Source: Candidatus Bathyarchaeota archaeon (GTDB lineage: Archaea; Thermoproteota; Bathyarchaeia; Bathyarchaeales; DTEX01). From it: DNA of 64,000 bases. The notes beneath the pieces are model-generated. The model had not been told where the DNA came from. It searched no databases and worked only from the letters and a program-made list of their open reading frames with translations. This document shows positions 54,677-64,000 of this stretch, in pieces (positions within the stretch are counted from its first letter, which is position 1; each line of letters begins with the position of its first letter). Location: NCBI GenBank assembly GCA_018397065.1, contig JAGTRI010000001.1, forward strand, positions 67,994-131,993, written 5' to 3'. A program made the position numbers and the translations under genes.

Positions 54677-55321
54677 TTGTCCAAGTTTTCAAAAAGATGG
54701 GAGGAAAGCGACCGAACTGGCATAACGGGCGTAATTAAGCCTGCTGCTCCTTTAAGATCAAAAATTGAACTCGCAATCAGACGCATTGAAGCACAAGTGC
54801 AGTATCTCGAAAGTAGCCTTAACAGATTCGCAGATAGAGACAAATACCTTTTCTCTAAAGTGGTTGATGCCTACTCGAAGAACCAAATTCAGAGAGCCAA
54901 TGTATTCGCCAATGAGCTTGCTGAGCTAAGAAAAATGGCTAACTTCATGATGAACGCTCAGCTTGCACTTGAAAGAGTAGTCCTAAGACTGAGAACAGTG
55001 ACTCAACTCGGCAACGCTGTTGTAAGCTTAGCCCCAGCTGCGCAAGTTCTTCAAAGCGTAAGATCAGGCATAGCTGGAATTTTGCCAAACGCTGAGAAGG
55101 AACTTGAATCAGTAGGCATAATGCTGAACGATATCATGATAGAAGCAGGGCAAACAGCTGGAATGGCGCCGGACTTCGAGGTTGCAAGTGAAGATGCTAG
55201 AAAAATACTGAGCGAAGCTTCAATGGTTGCTGAACAAAGAATGAAAGAGAAGTTCCCAGATCTTCCAACTCTAAAACAGCCCGAGACATACGCACAGGAC
55301 ACAGGATTCTCCCAATATTAA
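54677..55321 (+). CDS. ESCRT-III (Snf7/CdvB-family) paralog without winged-helix domain
   Basis: 214 aa, TTG start. Helical-hairpin core 'IELAIRRIEAQVQYLESSLNRFADRDKYLFSKVVDAY...ANELAELRKMANFMMNAQLALERVVLRLRT' is colinear with the CdvB at 56127. Pro-rich tail 'FPDLPTLKQP' is MIM2-like. Confidence 0.75.
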   Translation: MSKFSKRWEESDRTGITGVIKPAAPLRSKIELAIRRIEAQVQYLESSLNRFADRDKYLFSKVVDAYSKNQIQRANVFANELAELRKMANFMMNAQLALERVVLRLRTVTQLGNAVVSLAPAAQVLQSVRSGIAGILPNAEKELESVGIMLNDIMIEAGQTAGMAPDFEVASEDARKILSEASMVAEQRMKEKFPDLPTLKQPETYAQDTGFSQY

Positions 55322-55351
55322 AATCCCATATTTAATAAGAGAGAAAGAAAG

Positions 55352-56086
55352 ATGAGTATAAACATCAACGCTTCAGAGCTTGTCGGCAAAATCGTTAAGG
55401 ATGAAAATGAAAAGGAAATCGGCAAAGTAGTGTCATTTCTTATTGATTCCTCTGGTCAACCACAAGAAGCTTTAGTCGAAACTGTTCAAGGGCAGCTAGC
55501 AAAATACCCATTAGATCTTCTGGACATAAAAAAGGACGAAGTTTCTGTTGTTTCCGAGGTTACCAAAAAGATAGAGACTTTAACAGAGCAGATCCCTAAA
55601 ATACGAAAAAAGAGAAATATCCTTGATAAGCTGGCTGCAAACAAAGTAATTACTTCAGGAATCTATGAGGGTCTATGTAAAGAATTCGACAAAGCCTTAA
55701 AGGAAATGAAAAACGAAGCCCAAACACTTCTCGAAGCTGTAGATAAACAGATCAAAGCTCAGGATGAACAGCTAAAAACTCTGCAGCTTGCCAGAGCCTT
55801 TTTAGAAATTGAACACGGCATAGGCACACTGAGCGAGGAAACATATCAACAATCAATAATGACGATCCTAAGAGAAGTGAAGAACGCACAACAAACTAAA
55901 CTAAGTCTTTTGAGGACAAAGGACAAAATCGCTGACGCCCTTGTTGAAGAAAAAGAAGAGATTAAACCTGAACCATCTGAAGAGGAAAAAGGCGAAGCAG
56001 CAGAAGCTTCTACAGACAATAAGAATGAAATAACGACACAATCAAAAGAAGCCAAGCAAATTACTGTGCGAGTAACCGAAGGTTAG
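55352..56086 (+). CDS. cdvA: CdvA (PRC-barrel plus coiled coil)
   Basis: N-terminal PRC-barrel-like 'ASELVGKIVKDENEKEIGKVVSFLIDSSGQPQEALVE', a long coiled coil, an acidic linker and a C-terminal beta-strand-like 'KQITVRVTEG'. Confidence 0.78.
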   Translation: MSININASELVGKIVKDENEKEIGKVVSFLIDSSGQPQEALVETVQGQLAKYPLDLLDIKKDEVSVVSEVTKKIETLTEQIPKIRKKRNILDKLAANKVITSGIYEGLCKEFDKALKEMKNEAQTLLEAVDKQIKAQDEQLKTLQLARAFLEIEHGIGTLSEETYQQSIMTILREVKNAQQTKLSLLRTKDKIADALVEEKEEIKPEPSEEEKGEAAEASTDNKNEITTQSKEAKQITVRVTEG

Positions 56087-56126
56087 CCTAGGTTCTTGAC
56101 GGTTCGTCAGCGTTGGAGGAGCTACG

Positions 56127-56975
56127 ATGATCAAAGACTTTTTCCATAGAACAAAAAAACCTGTTAGCGAATTGATAACGGAAACTACGATGGAACTTGG
56201 CAAATGTTATTCTAGGCTTGAACTTGTATCCTCTAAGCTGTCGAAACGGAACAAGGACCTCTTCGATGCTTGCGCTTTTTATATGGGAAAGGGCAACAAA
56301 GCTCGAGCTACGGTTTACGCAAACGAAATTGCTGAAATAAGAAAGGTCCTATCGTTTGTTCAGCACACTCAACTTGCTGTTGAACGCGCTATTCTTAGAC
56401 TGGACACATTAAAGGTTGTTTCTCCAACCCTTGAGTCGCTGGAAGGAGCGTTCGGTGACGTTAAGAGTGCTTTGGGAATGGTTGCTAATGTTTTGCCTTC
56501 TATAACCCCTGAGATCGGTAGGTTAACAAGCGTCGTGGACGAAATCTTGGCTGGCACCCAGTTTACACTAGACGGATATACACCTGCTATAGCTGTAGAC
56601 GAGAACGCTGAAGCCATAATAAAAGAAGCTGCAGAAGTTGCCGAGCAGGAGCTTAAATCTCGCATACCAGAGCCACCTGTCGAGGTGAACGCTCCTAAGC
56701 CAATGGTTGCAGTTAAACCACTTATAGCGTTGTCGTCCGACGGCACAGAGGTTGTTGTTAACCAAAGCCACCAGTCTTCTCAAGGAACTGAACCCTCGGG
56801 AAATTTTGATATCTCCTCTTTTCTGTTAGAAGAGCTCGTTTGGGATTACATTGAAAGAAACAACGGTGATATGAACATATCGAGATGCTCCCAAGAACTG
56901 AACATTTCTTCGGAAAAAATTCTCGAAGTTCTTGAATCCCTAAACAGGAAAGGAAAAATAACAATCCAGCGGTGA
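56127..56975 (+). CDS. cdvB: CdvB (ESCRT-III with C-terminal winged-helix domain)
   Basis: ESCRT-III core 'ANEIAEIRKVLSFVQHTQLAVERAILRLDT'. Pro-rich 'IPEPPVEVNAPKP' is MIM2-like. C-terminal wH 'VWDYIERNNGDMNISRCSQELNISSEKILEVLESLNRKGKI'. Confidence 0.8.
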   Translation: MIKDFFHRTKKPVSELITETTMELGKCYSRLELVSSKLSKRNKDLFDACAFYMGKGNKARATVYANEIAEIRKVLSFVQHTQLAVERAILRLDTLKVVSPTLESLEGAFGDVKSALGMVANVLPSITPEIGRLTSVVDEILAGTQFTLDGYTPAIAVDENAEAIIKEAAEVAEQELKSRIPEPPVEVNAPKPMVAVKPLIALSSDGTEVVVNQSHQSSQGTEPSGNFDISSFLLEELVWDYIERNNGDMNISRCSQELNISSEKILEVLESLNRKGKITIQR

Positions 56976-58141
56976 AACAAATGAGCGCCATGGAGGAGCT
57001 TGAGAAGATTGCCATAAGGCACGCTCAAGAGGCCGTGGTGCTTGACCGCGAAGGAAAAAAGGAGTCCGCCATTTTAGCTTATCAAAAAGCCATCGAGTGT
57101 CTTTTGAGAATTATTCAAACATACCCGAACCACGACTTGAACAGAATCTATGCACAGCGAGCAGACATTTACAGAACCCGCATAAGAGTGCTGCAAGACG
57201 TTTGGGTAAGCGGCTCCTCTAAACAAACAAATGCCAATTATGAAGGCTTAACAGCTACTCAAACAAGCGAGCAGTCGACATTTGACGAATTGATTTTAAA
57301 GAATCCTCCAGATGTGAAATGGACTGACATAGCAGGCTTGGAAGATGCGAAAAAGGCAATTCAACAAGCCATAGTGTATCCCGCGTTAAGACCAGATCTT
57401 TTTCCGCTTGGTTGGCCAAAAGGCATTCTTCTTTTTGGACCACCTGGTTGTGGAAAGACCTTGCTTGCTGCAGCCGTGGCAAATGAGATTAAAGCCACAT
57501 TCATAACCGTAGATGCAGCTTCAATAATGTCTAAATGGTTGGGAGAGGCTGAACGTAATGTTGCAAGGCTCTTTAATACTGCAAGGAAAGCATCTTTGAA
57601 GGCTCCCGCCATAATTTTTATTGATGAGCTTGATTCGTTGATGGGTATTCACCGTTTGGAAGTAAGTGGCGAAACAAGGGTTCGAAACCAGTTTTTAAAG
57701 GAGATGGATGGAATCATTGACAAAAAGAACCCAATTCATGTTTATGTTATTGGTTCCACAAATAAGCCTTGGACCCTTGATACGCCTTTTATTCGAAGGT
57801 TCCAAAAGAGGATTTACGTTCCTCCACCAGGATTCAAAGAACGCCTTGAAATGTTCAAGCTTTACACTGGTTACCTTAAAATGTCTACTGATGTCGACCT
57901 TGAAAAGCTTGCTAGTTTAACCGATGGCTTTTCAGGAAGCGACATCATGGACGTTTGCCAGTCAGTTCAACTTAAGGTTAACAGCGAACTTTTCGAGTCG
58001 GGAAAAGCTGAGACTGGAGGAGACCCGCGGAAAATACATATGCAGGATTTTCTTGAAATTTTAGGGAAGCGGAAGCCAAGTTTTTCGAAGGATTCGTTGG
58101 TGGCATTTGAAAACTGGTTTGAAAACTTTAAGGCGTTGTAA
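56972..58141 (+). CDS. cdvC: CdvC / Vps4 AAA+ ATPase with N-terminal MIT domain
   Basis: MIT-like three-helix N-terminus, Walker A 'GPPGCGKTLLA', Walker B 'IIFIDELDS' and 'GSTNKPWTLD'. The GTG overlaps the cdvB stop (GTGA). An alternative ATG lies at 56981. Confidence 0.9.
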   Translation: MKQMSAMEELEKIAIRHAQEAVVLDREGKKESAILAYQKAIECLLRIIQTYPNHDLNRIYAQRADIYRTRIRVLQDVWVSGSSKQTNANYEGLTATQTSEQSTFDELILKNPPDVKWTDIAGLEDAKKAIQQAIVYPALRPDLFPLGWPKGILLFGPPGCGKTLLAAAVANEIKATFITVDAASIMSKWLGEAERNVARLFNTARKASLKAPAIIFIDELDSLMGIHRLEVSGETRVRNQFLKEMDGIIDKKNPIHVYVIGSTNKPWTLDTPFIRRFQKRIYVPPPGFKERLEMFKLYTGYLKMSTDVDLEKLASLTDGFSGSDIMDVCQSVQLKVNSELFESGKAETGGDPRKIHMQDFLEILGKRKPSFSKDSLVAFENWFENFKAL

Positions 58142-58252
58142 ACAGTCTCAGTTAGATTAAGTTTATATTTTATTCTATCCTTTTCAACAGCATAAACACT
58201 GCAAAACATAATGGACGCCGTTTATCTTAAGCAATGAGAAAGGTGTTATTGG

Positions 58253-59383
58253 ATGCCGAGTAACGAGGAAGAAATGGTTGTTACACCTTGGACGGTCTCA
58301 GGCAAGATAGACTATAGTAGACTGATTGAAGAATTTGGCACGCAGCCTCTGACTGATGACATACTGAAAAGAATTGAGAAGCACGCGGGTCAGCTGCACC
58401 TTCAGCTTAGAAGAGGGCTTTTCTTTTCTCATAGGGATCTAGATTGGATTCTTGACCTTTACGAGGCTGATAGGAGGTTTGTCCTCTATACGGGTAGGGG
58501 GCCTTCAGGTCCAGTTCATATTGGTCATCTTGTTCCTTGGATTTTCACTAAGCATTTGCAGGACATTTTCGGTTCGAAACTGTATTTTCAAATGACGGAC
58601 GACGAAAAGTTTCTCATACACCCTGAGTTTAACCTTGAAACACCAACAAGATTCGCTTACGACAACGCGCTCGATGTGATTGCAGCAGGGTTTGACCCAG
58701 CAAAAACAAAGATAATCATGGATGTAGAGTCTGCTGGAACACTGTACAAAATCGCTGTGAAAATTGCTAAACGAATAACGTTTTCAACAGTAAAGGCTAG
58801 CTTCGGATTCACGGATAGCTCAAACATCGGCATAATCTTCTTTCCAGCCATACAAGCCGTTCCATGTTTTTTGGAAACTGAACTCACAGGGGAGAACGTG
58901 CCGTGCCTTATCCCAGCCGCTATCGATCAAGACCCGTATTGGCGAGTAGCCCGCGACGTTGCACCTAAGCTCGGATACTTTAAACCAGCTCAGATACACT
59001 GCAAATTCCTTCCGGGACTTGGTAAAGGAGGCAAAATGTCAGCTTCGCTTCCTGAAACCTGCATCTTCACAACGGACACGCCTGAGGATGCTGAGAAGAA
59101 GATAAAGAACGCCTTTACCGGCGGGAAACCTACGGTTGAAGAGCAGCGACGCCTCGGTGCGGATCCAACGATATGTCCAATTTACTATTACGAGTACTAC
59201 CTGTTCGAGGAAGACGACAAGAAACTCAAAGAAACATTCGACAAATGCAAGTCAGGATGCCTCCTATGCGGCGAACACAAGGCAAAACTAGCTGAGAAGG
59301 TTCAAAGGTTCCTTAAAGACCACCAGAAAAAACGGGAAAAAGCCAAAAACGTCCTGGACGAGTTTCTATACAAGAGCAATTGA
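58253..59383 (+). CDS. trpS: tryptophanyl-tRNA synthetase (archaeal/eukaryotic type)
   Basis: 'TGRGPSGPVHIGH' (HIGH region), 'KMSAS' (KMSKS region) and 'AIDQDPYWR'. Confidence 0.88.
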   Translation: MPSNEEEMVVTPWTVSGKIDYSRLIEEFGTQPLTDDILKRIEKHAGQLHLQLRRGLFFSHRDLDWILDLYEADRRFVLYTGRGPSGPVHIGHLVPWIFTKHLQDIFGSKLYFQMTDDEKFLIHPEFNLETPTRFAYDNALDVIAAGFDPAKTKIIMDVESAGTLYKIAVKIAKRITFSTVKASFGFTDSSNIGIIFFPAIQAVPCFLETELTGENVPCLIPAAIDQDPYWRVARDVAPKLGYFKPAQIHCKFLPGLGKGGKMSASLPETCIFTTDTPEDAEKKIKNAFTGGKPTVEEQRRLGADPTICPIYYYEYYLFEEDDKKLKETFDKCKSGCLLCGEHKAKLAEKVQRFLKDHQKKREKAKNVLDEFLYKSN

Positions 59384-59456
59384 GATGCTTAGCATAAAAT
59401 TTTTTACCAGACAGTAAAGTTATTACCAAGAAACAAAGAAATTCATAATCCGCAAA

Positions 59457-59532
59457 AGCCCGGTGGTGTAGTGGACAAGCATAGAGGGCTTTGGACCCTC
59501 CGACGAGAGTTCGAATCTCTCCCGGGCTACCA
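59457..59532 (+). tRNA. tRNA-Gln (TTG), intron-less, encoded CCA
   Basis: Hand-folded. Acceptor AGCCCGG/CCGGGCT. D arm GTGT/GCAT with wobble pairs. Anticodon stem GAGGG/CCCTC with loop CTTTGGA. T arm GAGAG-TTCGAAT-CTCTC. Discriminator A plus CCA. Confidence 0.85.
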
Positions 59533-59606
59533 ACACTTAGGCATGAATTCATACTTTTTCATTTTTATTGATTGTCGAATTAGGATTTCTCCTGAATTCA
59601 GTCTTG

Positions 59607-60638
59607 TCACGATGCAGTCTTGACATGTAGGTTTATTGCAATTTCAGCTATGTCTGTTCCGTATTCCGCGATTCTTCTTATGCTTTCAAGAATCAACCGT
59701 ATGTCGATAATTGTTTTTGTATTGGTTTGTAGTTTTAGTAGTTTTCCTATTATTTCTTCTTCAAGATTAGCCACGTCTTTTATTTTTGCTATTGTTTCAT
59801 GAACCAGTTGAGCGTCGTACTTATAGAGCATTTTTATGGAGTTTTCTTGGATTTCAGCTGCAATTCTACTCATAGAAGCAAGACTTTCTGTTGTTCTCTC
59901 TTCTAGTGAAGTTTCAAGCGTTGATAATATCTTGGCTATTCTTGCAGCGTGATCCGCGCTTCTCTCAATGCTTTTTACTATCAAGCGGTATCCCAGGCAA
60001 TCTCTAGGATGCGTCAAGCCAATCTCTTCAATAAGGAGTCTGTTTTCTACCGTTGCCTTCAGCTGTCGAACTATGAATAGATAAAGCCTGTCCACTTCGT
60101 CATCTCTGGCAATGATTTCCTTAGCTAATTCTTTGTCATTAGCGCTTAAGGCTTTGATGGCGTCCTTAAGCATGAAAACCATAAGTATGTGCATACGTCT
60201 TAAGGCTCTATCCAGCGGAAGATCTACGCTTCCTAGAAGGCATTGAGCAGTAATCTCGTTCTCTGTCTCTTCAATTATCTCAGTCCCGATTAGTTTCTGA
60301 TGAATGGCGTTCCTAAGAAAACTTCTAACCTTTGCATCTCTCAGCTTTACCCTAATTACATCATAACCTGCAAGATAGTGCGCAATAAACTCAGTAACGA
60401 CGGCTTCAAGCCGATTGATTTGAGAGGCATCAAAAAACGATTCCTTGGCTTCTCTAGGTTTCGGTTCATTATGTGGAATTAGGAGTAACGACAAATCAGC
60501 TTGTGGTACCAGCGCGATTTGATCTTTAGGTTTTAAGTTGACGGTTTCTATCCACTTCTTGGGAAGCGAAACGACATATGTTGAACCGCCTGTAACTTGG
60601 ACTTTCCTAGTTTCTGATTGAAGTTCCATAAATATCAC
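59607..60638 (-). CDS. AbrB/SpoVT-like plus PhoU-like domain regulator, divergent from the pst operon
   Basis: 'RKVQVTGGSTYVVSLPKKWIE' followed by PhoU-like helical repeats ('RDDEVDRLY', 'IERSADHAARIA'). Confidence 0.75.
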   Translation of the reverse strand: MIFMELQSETRKVQVTGGSTYVVSLPKKWIETVNLKPKDQIALVPQADLSLLLIPHNEPKPREAKESFFDASQINRLEAVVTEFIAHYLAGYDVIRVKLRDAKVRSFLRNAIHQKLIGTEIIEETENEITAQCLLGSVDLPLDRALRRMHILMVFMLKDAIKALSANDKELAKEIIARDDEVDRLYLFIVRQLKATVENRLLIEEIGLTHPRDCLGYRLIVKSIERSADHAARIAKILSTLETSLEERTTESLASMSRIAAEIQENSIKMLYKYDAQLVHETIAKIKDVANLEEEIIGKLLKLQTNTKTIIDIRLILESIRRIAEYGTDIAEIAINLHVKTAS

Positions 60639-60758
60639 ATCATAGACTAAGGATGTATTTATAGAGGATAAATAGATAAGTACTCCTTATATAATTTATG
60701 TCGACAACCTATATGTAATGCTTCTTTTTCTCAATAGTTCGAAAAGGAGTGAAATAAT

Positions 60759-61691
60759 ATGAGTTCATCATACAGAAACGCAGCAATTTACTTGATAATT
60801 GGTCTATTAGCAGGAGCTGCAGTCGGTTATCTAGCAGAAACACGGGTATCAGAAGGCAAGATCAAGGATCTTCAAAATCAAATAGATGCCATTAGTACGG
60901 AAATTTTAAGGGGCAACATAATACAGAAAGGTTCAGATACTCTTCTGATAGTGGCCCAACGGTGGGCCGAGGAATACATGAATAAACACCCAGCAGTGTC
61001 AATTTCAGTTGCTGGCGGCGGCTCCGGTGTAGGATTCTCCGCTTTGGCTCAAAAGACTACAGACATAGCTGATGCTTCAAGAGAAATCAAGAGTTCTGAG
61101 ATACAGACAGCCAAGTCAAATGGCGTGAATCCCGTGGAATGGGTTGTAGGTCTCGATGGTATTGCCATTGTCGTCAATCCAAATAATCCAATAACAGAGC
61201 TAACAATGGAACAGCTGGAGAAAATATACAACGGCACCTACACTAACTGGGCGCAAGTTGGAGGCAACAACGCACCAATCATAACCTATGGCAGACAGAG
61301 CACCTCTGGAACATATGACTTTTTTAGAGAACACGTTCTGCACAACAAGAACTTTAGAGCAGACAACAGGGAGCTCGCAGGTAACGCTGAGATTGTTAAC
61401 TCAGTAATGGGAGATGTAAACGGTATAGGTTACGTAGGAGTAGCTTACACAAAGCAAGGCGTTAACGTTAAAATCGTCAAGATAAAGGCTTCTGCCGACG
61501 CTGTAGCTTATGAACCCTCTGTTGAAAACATAAAAAGTGGAACATACCCGATCGCACGAAAATTGTACATATACACAAACGGAGTTCCGACGGGAACTCT
61601 CGCCGACTATGTGGCTTTTATACTAGGCCCTGAGGGTCAGCAAATACTCGAAGAGGTTGGCTACATCTCATACATCAAGGTTGACAAATAA
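60759..61691 (+). CDS. pstS: phosphate ABC transporter substrate-binding protein
   Basis: N-terminal anchor helix. 'ISVAGGGSGVGFSAL', 'DIADASREIK' and 'YNGTYTNWAQVGG'. Confidence 0.85.
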   Translation: MSSSYRNAAIYLIIGLLAGAAVGYLAETRVSEGKIKDLQNQIDAISTEILRGNIIQKGSDTLLIVAQRWAEEYMNKHPAVSISVAGGGSGVGFSALAQKTTDIADASREIKSSEIQTAKSNGVNPVEWVVGLDGIAIVVNPNNPITELTMEQLEKIYNGTYTNWAQVGGNNAPIITYGRQSTSGTYDFFREHVLHNKNFRADNRELAGNAEIVNSVMGDVNGIGYVGVAYTKQGVNVKIVKIKASADAVAYEPSVENIKSGTYPIARKLYIYTNGVPTGTLADYVAFILGPEGQQILEEVGYISYIKVDK

Positions 61692-61782
61692 GCGAGACAC
61701 GGAGGAAACAATTTACGAATACCTTCCTTTTTTGTGAGCAACCGACTGAAATGGAAACTGCAGAAACAATAGGTCGAGAAAA

Positions 61783-62667
61783 ATGAGGATTCATAATTTG
61801 AAGGAATTTTTGATCGAAAAGTTTCTTTTTGCCAGTTCAATATTTTCTATCATAGTCGTAACTTTAATTTTTCTCTTGCTGTTCAGCCAGGGGATACTCG
61901 GCTTTCGCGAAATCTCAATTATCGATTTTTTATTCGGACAAACATGGCAACCTACTTCTCTTGTAAAAGCTGAGTTCGGAACCGTGCCATTAGTTTACGG
62001 CACAGCAGTCGTCACATCCATAGCCATGGCAATATCGGTTCCAGTGGGAATAGCGATCGCTGTGTATATTGCGGAAATTGCTAATCCAATAGAAAAAGAG
62101 ATCTTGAAGCCAATAGTTGAACTGCTTGCCGGGGTGCCTTCCGTGGTATATGGCTTTTTTGCATTGGTCACTTTGGCAACGTGGATTCAGCAATTAACAG
62201 GCACAAACTCAAGGCTTAACGCTTTAAACGGCGGCTTGATACTTGCAATTATGGTTATACCGACAATTGTCAGCCTTGCAGAGGACGCTATTTCTTCTGT
62301 GCCTCGAGAATACCGAGAGGGATCAATGGCGTTAGGCGCCTCAAAATGGGAAACGATAAAAAATGTCACGGTGCCTTCAGCTGCGCCTGGAATATTAGCC
62401 GCCGTACTTCTTGGTTTTGGTAGGGCTGTTGGAGAAACGATGGCGGTTTTGATGGCTACGGGAAATGCTGCTGTAGTAAACTTTAACATTTTAGATTCGG
62501 TTCGCACTATGACTGCTACAATTGTTATTGAAACCCCGGAGGTTGCTTTCGGAAGCCTACATTATCATGCACTATTTGGGGTTGCGCTTTTGTTGTTCCT
62601 GATAACCTTCGTCTTCAACTACATGGCAGGAGTTATCATGAGACGGTACGGGAGGACTGGTCGATGA
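61783..62667 (+). CDS. pstC: phosphate ABC transporter permease PstC
   Basis: Multi-TM protein with EAA loop 'REGSMALGASKWETIKNVTVPSAAPGI'. Confidence 0.85.
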   Translation: MRIHNLKEFLIEKFLFASSIFSIIVVTLIFLLLFSQGILGFREISIIDFLFGQTWQPTSLVKAEFGTVPLVYGTAVVTSIAMAISVPVGIAIAVYIAEIANPIEKEILKPIVELLAGVPSVVYGFFALVTLATWIQQLTGTNSRLNALNGGLILAIMVIPTIVSLAEDAISSVPREYREGSMALGASKWETIKNVTVPSAAPGILAAVLLGFGRAVGETMAVLMATGNAAVVNFNILDSVRTMTATIVIETPEVAFGSLHYHALFGVALLLFLITFVFNYMAGVIMRRYGRTGR

Positions 62668-63518
62668 ACAAGAAGCTTCTGAAACAAACTATTTTCTTTC
62701 AGATTTTTAGAATGACCTCAGCATTAGTGATTTTGTTCCTCTTTGTCATGATATGGACGTTCATATCTAACGGGATAGGAGTCATTAGCTGGACCTTCTT
62801 AACTGACATGCCGAAAAGGGGGATGACAGAGGGAGGAATCTTTCCTGCCATCGTTGGAACGGTTTATTTAACTTTAGGGGCCATTGTGTTTGCGCTTCCC
62901 ATTGGCGTTGCGTCCGCTATTTACCTCGTGGAGTATGCACATGAAGGGAGACTTGTGCGGATAATAAATTCTGCCATAATTAACCTTGCTGGAGTTCCAT
63001 CTATCGTGTATGGGCTGTTTGGTTTCGGGATCTTCGTTGTTTTCCTTAATTTTGGCACTTCGATTCTTTCAGGATCTTTAACCTTGTTTATCATGATCTT
63101 ACCGACGATAGTCTCAGCTTCTCGTGAAGCTCTTTTAGGTGTCCCAAAATCTTTTCGTGAAGGATCACTGGCGCTTGGAGCAACTAAGTGGCAAACAATA
63201 AGGCACATGGTTCTACCATACGCGTTACCTGGCATTCTTACAGGGGCAATATTAGCCGTGGCGAGAGCTGCTGGTGAGACTGCGCCAATAATATTAACCG
63301 CTGTGTTTTTCTTTCGTCCTTCATTGCCAAGGTCGATAATGGATGGCACCATGGCGCTTGCCAGTCACATTTATTATATGGCCACTCAGCATCATGCTAT
63401 TAATCTTGTTAGACCTTTAACTTATGGTTCTGTCTTAGTTCTTTTGAGCATAGTCCTTTCACTTAACATTTTGGCGATTGTTATTCGAACTAGATATCGA
63501 AGGAGGAAAAACTGGTAA
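62664..63518 (+). CDS. pstA: phosphate ABC transporter permease PstA
   Basis: EAA loop '[27 protein letters not shown]'. 4-nt overlap with pstC. Confidence 0.85.
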   Translation: MNKKLLKQTIFFQIFRMTSALVILFLFVMIWTFISNGIGVISWTFLTDMPKRGMTEGGIFPAIVGTVYLTLGAIVFALPIGVASAIYLVEYAHEGRLVRIINSAIINLAGVPSIVYGLFGFGIFVVFLNFGTSILSGSLTLFIMILPTIVSASREALLGVPKSFREGSLALGATKWQTIRHMVLPYALPGILTGAILAVARAAGETAPIILTAVFFFRPSLPRSIMDGTMALASHIYYMATQHHAINLVRPLTYGSVLVLLSIVLSLNILAIVIRTRYRRRKNW

Positions 63519-63519
63519 T

Positions 63520-64000
<481 letters not shown>

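Overview
Gene-dense, visibly AT-rich archaeal chromosomal window with about 70 supportable features. The lineage call rests on these genes: archaeal-type ThrRS with an N-terminal editing domain, two PurP paralogs, a class I CCA-adding enzyme, RFC small and large subunits, class I HMG-CoA reductase, ribosomal protein eL38, a contiguous ESCRT-III/CdvA/CdvB/Vps4 (Cdv) division cluster, and tRNA genes with encoded CCA, one of them with bulge-helix-bulge introns. Together these indicate a TACK-type archaeon. Several cytoplasmic-looking glycoside hydrolases hint at a Bathyarchaeia-like heterotroph, but that is inference only.

Most of the window is housekeeping operons:
- amino-acid metabolism, including a five-gene split glutamate synthase operon
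- purine synthesis and salvage
- MoaB/MoaC
- RFC
- an RNA-end-processing block (thpR-cca, rnz, Trm-G10)
- hmgA
- the cdv cluster, trpS and pstSCAB

I found no rRNA, CRISPR array, transposase, integrase or reverse transcriptase.

The least ordinary stretch is about 28.0-38.2 kb. It starts at an initiator tRNA-Met carrying two introns and continues as a patchwork of single genes on alternating strands. It contains:
- a SAMHD1-like HD phosphohydrolase with a variant motif
- a fusion of an archaeal adenylate-kinase-like domain (degenerate P-loop) to a TIR / nucleoside-2-deoxyribosyltransferase-like domain. This is my best candidate for an undescribed nucleotide-centred function, and it is unproven
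- an orphan coiled-coil protein
- a small conserved protein behind a TATA box bracketed by GTTAAC repeats
- two surface-protein genes that appear to have lost their 5' halves and shared promoter in one deletion

All family assignments come from reading motifs by eye and from memory of the families. None has been checked by a database search.
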